Assembly (NCBI GenBank): GCA_964564105.1
Contig: CAZLZS010000003.1
Location: 1 to 56,418, forward strand
Reading direction: 5' to 3'
Origin: an uncultured Candidatus Saccharibacteria bacterium
GTDB lineage: Bacteria; Patescibacteriota; Minisyncoccia; Phycocordibacterales; JACOZG01
DNA: 56,418 nt
This document shows, in pieces, positions 9,180 to 18,126 of this stretch. The notes below the pieces were generated by a model that worked only from the letters and a program-made list of their open reading frames with translations, ran no database searches and was not told the origin of the DNA. The translations under genes and the position numbers were made by a program. Position 1 is the first letter of the stretch, and the number at the start of each line of letters is the position of its first letter.

Positions 9180-10328
9180 ATGATGGATCTAAAGAATCTA
9201 CGCTCGTCGCTCGAACAACTCGAGGAAGAGCGTGGCATCCCTCAAGACAAAATCCTCGGCGCCATCGAGGATGCTTTAGTCGCGGCTTACAAAAAAGACT
9301 ACGGCAAAAAAAGTCAGATTCTTAAAGCAAAATTTGACCTGAACACCGGCAAGGCGGATTTTTATCAGGTGAAAATCGCGGTCAGTGAAGAGATGCTCGC
9401 GAAAGAGGAAGAAGAGTCCTTGAAAGCGACAAGAGTAAAATTCAACGAGGACCAGCACCTGATGCTTGGAGACGCTCAAAAGATCAAAAAAGATGTTAAA
9501 CCTGGAGACGAACTTATTTTCCCGCTCGAGACCAAGGATGATTACGGTCGGATCGCCGCCCAGACCGCCAAACAGGTGATTATTCAACGGCTGCGCGAGG
9601 CCGAGAAACTCTCGGTGCTGGCCGAATACGCCGACAAGGTCGGCGAGATCCTAAACGGCAAAGTGCAGAAGATCGAGCGCGGCAATGTCTTTATTGACCT
9701 CAGCCGGACCACCGGCCTTTTGCCTTACGAAGAACAAATTCCCGGCGAACGCTACCATCAGGGCGAACGGGTCCGGGCCTACCTCGCGGCGGTAGAAGAT
9801 ACGCCGCGCGGCGTTAATCTCCGTCTGTCGCGGGCTCACTCCAAGTTCATTGAGAAATTGTTTGAGCTGGAGGCGCCGGAAATCGCCAACAAGCTAGTAG
9901 AGATCAAAGCCATCGCCCGCGAAGCCGGATCCAGGACAAAAATTGCCGTGGCTTCGACCCACCCAAACATTGACCCGGTCGGCGCCTGCGTCGGCCAACG
10001 CGGCATCCGCGTCAACACGGTCATTAACGAATTGGGCGGAGAAAAAATTGATATTATCAAGTGGGCCGAGGACCCCAATGAATTGATCGCCAATGCCTTA
10101 GCCCCGGCCAAAATCAACCGGTTAATCTTAAACGAGGAGAACCGCGAAGCCGTGGCCCTAGTGGCGCCGGATCAATTTTCCTTGGCGGTTGGCAAAAAAG
10201 GCCAAAACGTGCGCTTGGCGGCCAAACTCAGCGGTTGGCGGATTGAGATTAAGCCGCCTTCAGCCGAAGGGGAACCCTTGCCGGAGGAAAAGGCCTCGCC
10301 TTCCTCTGAAGGCGAGGCTTTGATATAA
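9180..10328 (+). CDS. nusA: Transcription termination/antitermination factor NusA
   Basis: 382 aa. It has the NusA N-terminal domain, an S1 domain (GEILNGKVQKIERGNVFIDL) and two KH domains (DPVGACVGQRGIRV, VGKKGQNVRLAAKLSGWRIEI). Confidence 0.9.
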   Translation: MMDLKNLRSSLEQLEEERGIPQDKILGAIEDALVAAYKKDYGKKSQILKAKFDLNTGKADFYQVKIAVSEEMLAKEEEESLKATRVKFNEDQHLMLGDAQKIKKDVKPGDELIFPLETKDDYGRIAAQTAKQVIIQRLREAEKLSVLAEYADKVGEILNGKVQKIERGNVFIDLSRTTGLLPYEEQIPGERYHQGERVRAYLAAVEDTPRGVNLRLSRAHSKFIEKLFELEAPEIANKLVEIKAIAREAGSRTKIAVASTHPNIDPVGACVGQRGIRVNTVINELGGEKIDIIKWAEDPNELIANALAPAKINRLILNEENREAVALVAPDQFSLAVGKKGQNVRLAAKLSGWRIEIKPPSAEGEPLPEEKASPSSEGEALI

Positions 10329-10336
10329 TCTAAATT

Positions 10337-10864
10337 ATGAATCTTTGGCACGACCTCGCGCCCGGCGAAGCGCAGAAGATCAATGTCATCGTCGAAATTC
10401 CCAAGGGCTCAAAAAATAAATACGAAATAGATAAAGAGACTGGTCTCATCGCCCTCGATCGCGTCAGTCATACAACGCAAGAGTTTCCCTTTGATTACGG
10501 CTTTATCCCGCAAACGCTCTGGGACGACGACGACCCGGTGGATGTAATCCTCCTCACCACCTTTTCGCTCCTGCCCGGGGTGCTGGTGCACGCCCGACCA
10601 GTGGCCGTAATCCGTATGACCGATGACGGCGAATCAGACGACAAGGTAATCGCCGTACCCGTCGGCGACCCGCGCTGGGAAAAAACGACCGATCTTAAAG
10701 ACATCCACCCCCACACCCTTAAAGAAATGGAACACTTCTATTCCACTTACAAAAAGCTGCAAAATAAGGAGGTGCGGGTCGCGGGTTTTGAGGGTCGGGT
10801 CGCGGCCAATGAGATGTTCGAACGCGGCCAGAAACTCTATGATGAAAAATTTGCCAAAAAATAA
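10337..10864 (+). CDS. ppa: Inorganic pyrophosphatase (family I)
   Basis: 175 aa with VIVEIPKGSKNKYEIDKETG, YGFIPQTLWDDDDPVDV and DDKVIAVP. Confidence 0.9.
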   Translation: MNLWHDLAPGEAQKINVIVEIPKGSKNKYEIDKETGLIALDRVSHTTQEFPFDYGFIPQTLWDDDDPVDVILLTTFSLLPGVLVHARPVAVIRMTDDGESDDKVIAVPVGDPRWEKTTDLKDIHPHTLKEMEHFYSTYKKLQNKEVRVAGFEGRVAANEMFERGQKLYDEKFAKK

Positions 10865-10910
10865 GGTCGGGATTATAATGATTTATTATTAACCGTTAAA
10901 AAATAGAATC

Positions 10911-11429
10911 ATGACTAAATCAAAATACCTTCTGTTCATCGGACTCGCGGCCGGCTTGGCCTTGAACAGTCTGCCAGCACCAATGTCCGCCCAAACACCG
11001 AGTTCGGACACGCGACAAAACAGCCGAGACAATCGTGGCCAAACCACGGAGGAGCGGATCAAAAATTTCGGCGAGCGGCTAGAACTTCGACTGACGGCGG
11101 CCCTCCAGCGGGCCGACAACCTCCGAGCGCGCGTCGCCGACCGCGTCAGCCAATTCCCGAATCCGAGATTCGACCGAGCGTTAGTGGAACAGAAATTAAC
11201 CGAAGCGGCCGCGGCGATCGCCGCCGGCCGAGCCAAGGTGGCCACCATTGAAGCCGAGGTGGCGAGAGCGCTAACCGCGGCCAACCAGACTACCGCCTTT
11301 GCTAATTTGCGAACGGCCGTGCGGGAAATCATCGGGAGTGTCCGCCTCGCGCATCAAAAAGTGGTGGAAGCGATCCGACTCATCAAAAGCGCCTACCCGA
11401 CCACGGCAACTACCACGTCTAATCAATAA
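10911..11429 (+). CDS. Secreted alpha-helical hypothetical protein
   Basis: 172 aa with a signal peptide (MTKSKYLLFIGLAAGLALNSLPAPMSAQ). No recognisable domain. Confidence 0.5.
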   Translation: MTKSKYLLFIGLAAGLALNSLPAPMSAQTPSSDTRQNSRDNRGQTTEERIKNFGERLELRLTAALQRADNLRARVADRVSQFPNPRFDRALVEQKLTEAAAAIAAGRAKVATIEAEVARALTAANQTTAFANLRTAVREIIGSVRLAHQKVVEAIRLIKSAYPTTATTTSNQ

Positions 11430-11452
11430 AATTACCAGCTAAAATCATCACT

Positions 11453-11758
11453 ATGAATGGAGATAACCAAATGAATCAATTCCCGATCGCTGACCGGCCG
11501 TCGAAAGGCCCGATGCTCGGCATCATCATTATTGTTTTGTTAATCATCCTCGGTGGCATCTACATTTTGTCTTCGCGCGGCGGCCGACCGGAGCAACCGG
11601 CGGATACGACCATCCCGACAGACAGTCCAGCCGGGCGAAACGGTGACGGCGCAACGTCCCCTGACGTCGGACAAACGCCAGACCTGTCAGACCTCGAAAC
11701 TGAAGCTGACGGTCTCGGCGCTGATCTCCAGAATCTCGATCAAGAAGCCGCTCAGTAA
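11453..11758 (+). CDS. Single-pass membrane hypothetical protein
   Basis: 101 aa with one TM helix (MLGIIIIVLLIILGGIYIL) and an acidic, disordered tail. It is followed by a clear terminator. Confidence 0.5.
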   Translation: MNGDNQMNQFPIADRPSKGPMLGIIIIVLLIILGGIYILSSRGGRPEQPADTTIPTDSPAGRNGDGATSPDVGQTPDLSDLETEADGLGADLQNLDQEAAQ

Positions 11759-11774
11759 CTAAACAATAGTCAAA

Positions 11775-11818
11775 GAAGCCCCGACTCATAAAACAAGATG
11801 AGGATTCGGGGCTTTTTT
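11775..11818 (+). terminator. Rho-independent terminator
   Basis: The stem AGCCCCGA (11777-11784) pairs with TCGGGGCT (11806-11813). An inner CTCAT/ATGAG pairing is also present. A run of six T follows, ending at 11818. Confidence 0.75.
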
Positions 11819-12140
11819 AGACCAATCGTGGTGGCGGCAGATCACTCGTGAAAAGTAGCGGGACGACAAAATCAAACCTCCCCGCCCCCCTCTCTCTGTC
11901 TCTCGTCTGCACCAGAAACAGACAGTCCCGAAATTTACTCGGCCAATCACGGAAACGTAGAAATTGACCATAGGAGAATTTCACGGGCACCCCGCTCGCC
12001 GGCAGACCCTTAATCAATCGCTCCAGGGGTACGGCCCGGATCGCGGGTTTAAAGCGATAGACATTGCCGACAAGCAATTGAGAAACAATTCTCAAATGAT
12101 GCTCTTGTTCCTCAAGGCTTAAATCACTGAACAATTTCAT
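11817..12140 (-). CDS. Hypothetical protein
   Basis: 107-aa ORF preceded by a strong RBS (GAAAGGAGGTGTTCA-ATG on the minus strand). No recognisable domain. Confidence 0.45.
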   Translation of the reverse strand: MKLFSDLSLEEQEHHLRIVSQLLVGNVYRFKPAIRAVPLERLIKGLPASGVPVKFSYGQFLRFRDWPSKFRDCLFLVQTRDRERGAGRFDFVVPLLFTSDLPPPRLV

Positions 12141-12170
12141 TGAACACCTCCTTTCTGGAAACAGATATTA

Positions 12171-12200
12171 TTGACAAAAACCCTGTCAGTCAAGTAAGAT
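12171..12200 (+). promoter_or_regulatory. Candidate sigma70-type promoter of clpP (TTGACA-18-TAAGAT)
   Basis: TTGACA lies at 12171-12176 and TAAGAT at 12195-12200. The clpP ATG is only 9 nt downstream and no SD is visible. Confidence 0.4.
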
Positions 12201-12209
12201 GGCGATGCG

Positions 12210-12791
12210 ATGCTAATTCCCACCGTGATTGAAAAATCGCCTTTCGGCGAACGGGCCTATGACATTTATTCCCGACTCTTAAAGGATCGGATCATTTTTT
12301 TAGGCGGGGCGATTGACGACCATGTGGCCAACATCATCATTGCCCAGCTTTTGTTCCTGGAATCGGAAAGCCCAAAGAAAGACATCACTCTCTACATCAA
12401 CTCCCCGGGCGGCCAAGTAACCTCAACCATGGCGATCTTGGACACCATGAACTATGTCAAATCCGATGTGGCCACGATTTGCGTCGGGCTCGCCGCCTCC
12501 GGCGGCGCCATCATCCTTTCGGCCGGGAAACGTGGCAAGCGCTTTGCTCTGCCGAACGCTGAGATGATGATTCACCAACCGCTTGGCGGCACCGAAGGTC
12601 AAGCCACAGATATCGCCATCACCGCCAAACAGATTCTTAAAATTAAGGAGAAACTCAATAAGATTCTCGCCAAGCACTGTGGCCAAACAGTCGCCCAAGT
12701 CGAGAAAGATTCTGACCGCGATTACTACATGTCCGCCGAGGAAGCAGTCAAATACGGCCTGATTGATGAAATTATTAAAACAAAGGTTTAA
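12210..12791 (+). CDS. clpP: ATP-dependent Clp protease proteolytic subunit
   Basis: 193 aa with [29 protein letters not shown] and the catalytic-serine context ([11 protein letters not shown]) and MIHQP. Confidence 0.95.
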   Translation: MLIPTVIEKSPFGERAYDIYSRLLKDRIIFLGGAIDDHVANIIIAQLLFLESESPKKDITLYINSPGGQVTSTMAILDTMNYVKSDVATICVGLAASGGAIILSAGKRGKRFALPNAEMMIHQPLGGTEGQATDIAITAKQILKIKEKLNKILAKHCGQTVAQVEKDSDRDYYMSAEEAVKYGLIDEIIKTKV

Positions 12792-12833
12792 TCAAGTCGG
12801 GCAGACAAACTAAGCAAGGGGTTTTGTTGGGTC

Positions 12834-13586
12834 TTAGTTTGCGAGGCAGAGCCATTGTTCGAATTTTAAATTTTCCGCCCGGGCGCGTTCGGCTATCTGG
12901 CAAGCCGCGAACCTTTCTGGTTCAAGCGGCAAATTATTTTTCAACATCTTACGTCTAGCGGCAAAACCGCGTTTGAGGAGGTAGAAAAATTTTTCTTCAC
13001 TGACTTGGCGGAAATTATCCCGGCTGATTTTATCAATTAAGACCACCGCCGAGTCCACCTTTGGCCGCGGCGAGAAAAGTTTGGCTGACACGGTTTTGAG
13101 ATAACGCGGTTCGCCGTAAGCTTTCACGCTGATTGACAGGATACTCCCCCGCCCGTCTTTGGCGATAACTCGTTCGGCGACTTCTTTTTGGAGCATAAGC
13201 ACGGCGAGTATCGGTTGATGATCGCTCGTTAAAAATTTGCGCAGGAGTCGGCCAGTTAGATAATAAGGGATGTTAGCAATTAGTTTGTAGGTTTTTAATT
13301 TATTAGCTTGTAGAGAAAAATCAAGTATATCGGCGTGAATTAATTCTAATTGTTTATTTTTAACCGCGGCGGCAAATTTTTCTTGCAAAAGCGAAAACAG
13401 CTGGTCGTCTTTTTCGACCGCGATGACGCGCGCGCCGGCCTCAAGCAGGGCCACGGTCAAAACGCCGGCGCCCGGGCCGACCTCGAGCACTGTTTCGCCA
13501 GACTGCAATCGAGCGGCGGCGATTATGATTTTGATAATCTCACGCGAGCGGAGGAAATTTTGGCCAAGCGATTTTTTAGCCCGCAT
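12834..13586 (-). CDS. rsmA: 16S rRNA (adenine1518/1519-N6)-dimethyltransferase RsmA/KsgA
   Basis: Contains KKSLGQNFL, VLEVGPGAGVLT and IANIPYY. The ORF track begins at 13616, but the internal ATG at 13586 (MRAKKSLGQNFL) avoids most of the overlap with the helicase stop at 13576. Confidence 0.9.
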   Translation of the reverse strand: MRAKKSLGQNFLRSREIIKIIIAAARLQSGETVLEVGPGAGVLTVALLEAGARVIAVEKDDQLFSLLQEKFAAAVKNKQLELIHADILDFSLQANKLKTYKLIANIPYYLTGRLLRKFLTSDHQPILAVLMLQKEVAERVIAKDGRGSILSISVKAYGEPRYLKTVSAKLFSPRPKVDSAVVLIDKISRDNFRQVSEEKFFYLLKRGFAARRKMLKNNLPLEPERFAACQIAERARAENLKFEQWLCLAN

Positions 13587-15495
13587 AAATTGTTTCTTCA
13601 AACAGCGCCGGATCAAGATCTTGTAGGAATTCCGACGGTTGGTTTAGACGAGTTGAGCCGTAAATGGTTCGCGTCTCGGCGTAAGACAGATAGAGTTTGT
13701 CACGGGCGCGGGTGAGCGCCACATAGAAGAGCCGCCGTTCCTCCTCCGGATCGTAATCCGGATCAGCGACCGCGCCAAAACGCTCGTGCGGAAAAAGCGC
13801 CTGCTCCAGGCCGATGACGAAAACACGATTGAATTCCAAACCCTTGGCCGCGTGCACAGTCATTAAATTGACAGCTGGTTGATGGTGGAGATCGAGTGAG
13901 TCTTGGTCAGAGACCAGCGCCACGTCCGCCAGCAAGGTCGCTACGGCTTCCGCCGGCGGCAACTCGTCATATTTCAGAGCCAGAGTTACTAATTCTTGAA
14001 TGTTCTCTAATCGTTCACGATCGCTCGCGCTACCGCTAACCAGCGCCTCACCGAAACCTGAAACGCGAATGAGGTGGCTCAGAACTTTGGATACTGGCTG
14101 AGATTGGGCCAATTCCGCCAATTCGGTTAGGAGTTTCTGAAAGTCATGGAATGCTCGCCTTTGCTTGACTGGCAAATTATCGGCTTGGCCCGAAAGGATT
14201 TTAGCCAACGCCACCTTGCCCAAACCGCGCGCCGGGGCACCCAGCGCCCGCTTCAAGCTCTCAAAATCAGCCGGATTCAGAGCCGCTTTGAGATAAGCCA
14301 AAATATCTTTGATTTCCTGACGTTCAAAAAAGCGCGTGCCGAGCACTCGGTAGGGCACGCCGGCTTTAAGCATCGCCTCTTCCATGACTCGCGACTGAAA
14401 ATTGGCGCGATAGAGCACGGCCATTTTCTCGGGGTGCTCCCCGGCTTCAAGGAGTGTAGCCAGGCGCGCCGCGACGGCCGCGGCCTCCTGCCGTTCGTCA
14501 ACCGCCACAGCCAGATCAATTTTTTCACCATCGGGACGGTTAGTGAAAAGCGTTTTGGCCAGCCGATTCAAATTTTTACTGATGATCTGATTGGCGGCGG
14601 CGAGAATGGCCTTGGTCGAGCGGTAATTTTCTTCAAGGGTAATGATAGTCGCCCCGGGGTAATCGTCGGCAAAACGTCGAAGATGTCGGCAATCCGCTCC
14701 GCGCCAGCTGTAAATGGCTTGATCGAGATCGCCGACGGCACAAATGTTTTGGCGCGGGCCAGCCAAAAGCCGCGCCAATTGGTATTGGATAAAGTTAGTA
14801 TCTTGGTATTCGTCAATCAAAAGGTAGCGCCAGCGCTCGCGATAGCCGGCGAGAATCTCAGGTCGCGTTTCCAACAGGCCGAGCGGCCAGAGCAACAAAT
14901 CGTCAAAATCAAACGCCAGCCGGCGGCGGAGCGCCTGCTCATATCTTTCCCAAACTGGCCGGACCAGCCGGGGCCAAAAACTCGCTGGGCCGTCGTCGAT
15001 GACCGCCTCGACATAACGTTTCAGGGTGATACCCCGGCCCTTTTCCCGCGAGATCAGACGGAGAAATTGGCGGGGTTCAAAACGTTCTGAGTTAAGACCA
15101 GACTCCTTAATGGCGGCCTTAATTAGTCCCAGCGAGTCGTCTTGATCGAGAATGGTGAAATGACGATTGAATCCCAGCGCTTGGGCATTGTCTCGCAAGA
15201 TGCTCGCGCCCAGAGTGTGGAAGGTAGAGACGCTCGGCCCGCCTGGACTAGGCCAGACCGGAACGCGAGCCGAGAGTTTGATTACCCGTTCGAGCATTTC
15301 GCGGGCGGCCTTATTGGTAAAGGTGACAGCCAAAATTTTATGTGGAGCGATACCGCTGGCAATCAGCTGGAAAATTCGGTAAGCAATAGTTCGAGTTTTG
15401 CCGGCGCCAGCGCCGGCGACCACCAGGAGCGGCCCGTCGCGATGAAGCGCGGCGCGGCGCTGGGCCTGATTTAATTCAGTTAGAGCTTGGTGCAT
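13576..15495 (-). CDS. pcrA: UvrD/PcrA-family SF1 ATP-dependent DNA helicase
   Basis: 639 aa with Walker A AGAGAGKTRT, LLIDEYQDTN, helicase motifs (VGDLDQAIYSWRGA, YRS, TVHAAKGLEF) and LFYVALTRAR. Confidence 0.9.
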   Translation of the reverse strand: MHQALTELNQAQRRAALHRDGPLLVVAGAGAGKTRTIAYRIFQLIASGIAPHKILAVTFTNKAAREMLERVIKLSARVPVWPSPGGPSVSTFHTLGASILRDNAQALGFNRHFTILDQDDSLGLIKAAIKESGLNSERFEPRQFLRLISREKGRGITLKRYVEAVIDDGPASFWPRLVRPVWERYEQALRRRLAFDFDDLLLWPLGLLETRPEILAGYRERWRYLLIDEYQDTNFIQYQLARLLAGPRQNICAVGDLDQAIYSWRGADCRHLRRFADDYPGATIITLEENYRSTKAILAAANQIISKNLNRLAKTLFTNRPDGEKIDLAVAVDERQEAAAVAARLATLLEAGEHPEKMAVLYRANFQSRVMEEAMLKAGVPYRVLGTRFFERQEIKDILAYLKAALNPADFESLKRALGAPARGLGKVALAKILSGQADNLPVKQRRAFHDFQKLLTELAELAQSQPVSKVLSHLIRVSGFGEALVSGSASDRERLENIQELVTLALKYDELPPAEAVATLLADVALVSDQDSLDLHHQPAVNLMTVHAAKGLEFNRVFVIGLEQALFPHERFGAVADPDYDPEEERRLFYVALTRARDKLYLSYAETRTIYGSTRLNQPSEFLQDLDPALFEETIYAG

Positions 15496-15516
15496 CGCTT
15501 AATTTTATAGCACAGA

Positions 15517-15525
15517 TTATCCACA
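15517..15525 (+). promoter_or_regulatory. Perfect consensus DnaA box TTATCCACA, 22 nt upstream of the helicase start codon
   Basis: Exact 9-mer. The extended match GATTATCCACAG is shared with the site at 25463-25474. Confidence 0.5.
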
Positions 15526-15787
15526 GCAACCTCTTTTCTGGCTTTGACCTAAGGCTCTGGTCTGTTAAAATAATAGATAATCTAGAATTGCTGACTGGTT
15601 AAAAAATGGCTCCAGACAGCCATTTTCTGATAGAGACGTTAGACAAATCCCTGAAATCCGGCTTATTTTACCTAAATTTAATCGAAAACGCTTATTCCTA
15701 GTCCTTTTTTCTAAAGGACTTATTATCCTATGGTTAATAAATATCAATCTTACCCACGCTAGTTACTCTTCCCTTAACTCACAAAAT

Positions 15788-16642
15788 ATGTTCCTATTGG
15801 GACCAGATTTGGCGCTCGACCCGAACTGGTCGCGCGGCGGCGGCGAAATTACCGTGGTTGACGAGAGCGCCTTAGAACCGGAACTTGGCCCGCTCGGCAC
15901 GGTTAGCGACCTTAAGGATTTACCGACCAGTGACCAAATCAGCATCTATGTGGTGCGGCAGGGCGATACTTTGTCCGAGATCGCTGAAATGTTCAAAGTT
16001 TCGGTCAATACGATTATTTGGGCTAATGATTTGCGTCGGGCGACCGACATCAAAGAAGGCCAGGTGCTCGTGATCTTGCCGATCACCGGTATTCGTCACA
16101 CCGTCGCCAAGGGTGAAACTCTTCAAAGTATCGTCAAGAAATATCGTGGTGATCTCGAAGAAGTTATCCAGTTCAATGGTTTGGAAACTGACGCCGCGCT
16201 AGCGGTCGGCGCGGTCATCATTATTCCTGACGGCGAGCTCAGCGCGCCGGCCGCGGCGGGTCAACCGCGCCTTGTCCGCGGCGGCGGGCCGGAATATGCA
16301 GGTTATTACCTGCGGCCGATTCGCGGCGGCGTTAAAACGCAGGGTCTGCATGGTTATAACGGGGTGGATTTGGCCACGGCCACGGGCGAGCCGATTTACG
16401 CCGCGGCCGCTGGCCGGGTCATCACCAGTCGGGCGAGCGGCTGGAACGGCGGCTACGGCAATTATTTGGCGATTAAGCACGATAATGGCACCCAAACGCT
16501 CTATGCTCACAATCAGAGCAATATCGTTTCGGTAGGGCAATGGGTGGTGCAGGGGCAGGTCATCGGCTATGTCGGTTCGACCGGCAAGTCTACTGGTCCC
16601 CATGTTCATTTCGAGGTCCGCGGGGCCAAGAATCCGTTTTAG
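15788..16642 (+). CDS. LysM-domain M23 family metallopeptidase (peptidoglycan hydrolase)
   Basis: Two LysM modules are present (YVVRQGDTLSEIAEMFKVSVNTIIWANDL; HTVAKGETLQSIVKKYRGDLEEVIQFNGL). The M23 motifs are GVDLATATGEPIYAAAAGRV and GSTGKSTGPHVHFEV. The annotated N-terminus has no signal sequence. Confidence 0.85.
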   Translation: MFLLGPDLALDPNWSRGGGEITVVDESALEPELGPLGTVSDLKDLPTSDQISIYVVRQGDTLSEIAEMFKVSVNTIIWANDLRRATDIKEGQVLVILPITGIRHTVAKGETLQSIVKKYRGDLEEVIQFNGLETDAALAVGAVIIIPDGELSAPAAAGQPRLVRGGGPEYAGYYLRPIRGGVKTQGLHGYNGVDLATATGEPIYAAAAGRVITSRASGWNGGYGNYLAIKHDNGTQTLYAHNQSNIVSVGQWVVQGQVIGYVGSTGKSTGPHVHFEVRGAKNPF

Positions 16643-16706
16643 ATAAAACGATCTAGATAATACCCCCCCCGGCGCGCCCCACCAGAGGCGAGTCTCGTTC
16701 GTGATA

Positions 16707-16727
16707 CTGGGAGGCAACGCCTCCCAG
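16707..16727. terminator. GC-rich hairpin between convergent genes (possible bidirectional terminator)
   Basis: CTGGGAGGC-AAC-GCCTCCCAG forms a perfect 9-bp stem. No T-tract follows on either side. Confidence 0.4.
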
Positions 16728-16736
16728 CAATACTCC

Positions 16737-17306
16737 CTATTTTATGACTTCTAAGACACCGGGTAATTCGGTTACCCCGTCACTGCCGCTGAAGTGGCCG
16801 CGGTTGTGCTCGACGATGATTTTTGCTCCCAGTTCGTCTCCGAAAATCCGTTTGTTCTCTTCCGTGAGGCGAGTAAATTTATCGTTATCAGAAAAAATCG
16901 CCGTAAATTTTTTGGCTTGCTGTTTTACTTTGGATAGATTAATTGGCGTCTCGATCCACGGCTTAGCAATAATTAATTCTTCTGGCGACAGATCGCCATC
17001 AAGGCGATTTATCCAACCGGCCACAAGCACTATACCGCCGGCGACTTGATTATCAGGCAAGCTTTCTAAAAATCGCAGAATGGTTTGGCAGCCAATGCTA
17101 TGGCCGACGAAAAAAGTGTTTTCATCAACCTCGCCGACTGTGGCCGTTAAATGGGCGAGCCAAGTGTCAATTTTTGGCTCGGCTGATTCGGGCATCGCCG
17201 GCACGGTGACTTGGAAACCTTTTTTCTTTAACTCCCGTTTCAGCCACGGGAACCAACCTTCCGCCGGATAACCGTCCCAACCGTGGATGATAAAAACTCG
17301 TTTCAT
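16737..17306 (-). CDS. Alpha/beta serine hydrolase, YdeN/RBBP9-like family
   Basis: 189 aa with IIHGW.G....WFPWLK, the nucleophile elbow VGHSIGC and a C-terminal GHF. Confidence 0.7.
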   Translation of the reverse strand: MKRVFIIHGWDGYPAEGWFPWLKRELKKKGFQVTVPAMPESAEPKIDTWLAHLTATVGEVDENTFFVGHSIGCQTILRFLESLPDNQVAGGIVLVAGWINRLDGDLSPEELIIAKPWIETPINLSKVKQQAKKFTAIFSDNDKFTRLTEENKRIFGDELGAKIIVEHNRGHFSGSDGVTELPGVLEVIK

Positions 17307-17626
17307 TGAAATAATTGTTTGATCATACCCATTATTTTTTGAAGTGCTGGTTTCTCTGTCACACCGATGGCTTTGATCAGTCGCCTTTTATCAATCGAAC
17401 GAAGATGAAAAACTAATGCGACGGAATCAACATTCAATCCATTCCGTTTTGTTGGCTCAATCTGGATGGTATAATGGAATCGCAGGGCCTTCAGGTTGGC
17501 AGTTAGAGGAACGACCAGAGCTAGACTCGTCGGTGTGTCGGTCAAAATAATTGCCGGGCGTAATCCCTGCTGTTCATGCCCGGCTGTTTCGTCTAGTTGA
17601 ACCAGCCAAATTTCCCCGCGCTTCAT
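17303..17626 (-). CDS. mazF: MazF/PemK-family type II toxin (mRNA interferase)
   Basis: 107 aa with KRGEIWLVQLDETAGHEQQGLRPAIIL and LVVPLT. It has a 4-nt overlap with the upstream small gene. Confidence 0.8.
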   Translation of the reverse strand: MKRGEIWLVQLDETAGHEQQGLRPAIILTDTPTSLALVVPLTANLKALRFHYTIQIEPTKRNGLNVDSVALVFHLRSIDKRRLIKAIGVTEKPALQKIMGMIKQLFQ

Positions 17627-17826
17627 GAGATTCGTTCCACCGCGGCCAGAGCCTCGTTGGCAAGCTTATCCCAAGCCGCTAACTCGTTTTTTAAATCTAG
17701 ATAAGGACTAAGATTATCAAGATAAAGAGTGACGGCATTATTGACCAACTCAGCCTTTTTAACCCCGAGTCTTTTCGAAGCCAGTTTTATTTTGGTATTC
17801 AGATTGTTTGATAATTTTGTTAGCAT
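17623..17826 (-). CDS. Putative cognate antitoxin (ribbon-helix-helix-like)
   Basis: 67-aa ORF directly upstream of mazF and overlapping it. The call rests on position and size. The fold assignment is inferred. Confidence 0.6.
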   Translation of the reverse strand: MLTKLSNNLNTKIKLASKRLGVKKAELVNNAVTLYLDNLSPYLDLKNELAAWDKLANEALAAVERIS

Positions 17827-17851
17827 ACCTAAAAGCTATCATTAATAGCAC

Positions 17852-17880
17852 TTGTTTTCAAGGTCCTCCACAGGTATAAT
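17852..17880 (+). promoter_or_regulatory. Candidate promoter TTGTTT-17-TATAAT
   Basis: TTGTTT lies at 17852-17857 and TATAAT at 17875-17880, upstream of the small ORF at 17916. Confidence 0.35.
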
Positions 17881-17915
17881 TATCAATCAGTCCCCTAACT
17901 CGTTATGCGCCGGCG

Positions 17916-18104
17916 TTGGATAAAACGGGCAAACTAATCCCCCTTAACGAGCTCAGCGACGAAGCGCAAAAGTACATCGCCGAACATCCAACCACACCGC
18001 AGGCGACTACCTTATCCGAGATTATTCGAGTAATAACAGACGGCATTTACTCCGCTATTATATTCTGGCTCGTCTACCTTATCTTTCGAAAGAAAAACTG
18101 GTGA
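17916..18104 (+). CDS. Small hypothetical protein with a C-terminal TM helix
   Basis: 62-aa ORF with a TTG start, a candidate promoter upstream and a hydrophobic tail (IYSAIIFWLVYLIF). Confidence 0.3.
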   Translation: MDKTGKLIPLNELSDEAQKYIAEHPTTPQATTLSEIIRVITDGIYSAIIFWLVYLIFRKKNW

Positions 18105-18126
18105 AGGCTGAAGTTCAGTTTTAGTT

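Noticed and set aside
14146-15090. 314-aa ORF on the plus strand, plus several 60-110-aa ORFs in 13644-15474
   Set aside because: They are antisense or alternative frames of the UvrD/PcrA helicase gene. No motifs or RBS are present.
15496-15787. Riboswitch or ncRNA upstream of the M23/LysM peptidase gene (for example ydaO-type)
   Set aside because: Only two short AT-rich hairpins are visible (15603-15626 and 15700-15720). None of the conserved GC-rich cores I can recall are present, so a call cannot be supported without a covariance-model scan.
16663-16670. C8 homopolymer (and the G7 tract at 45857-45863) as phase-variation switches
   Set aside because: The C8 tract lies between convergent gene ends. 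The G7 tract is short, and there is no evidence of frame switching. Both are probably incidental.
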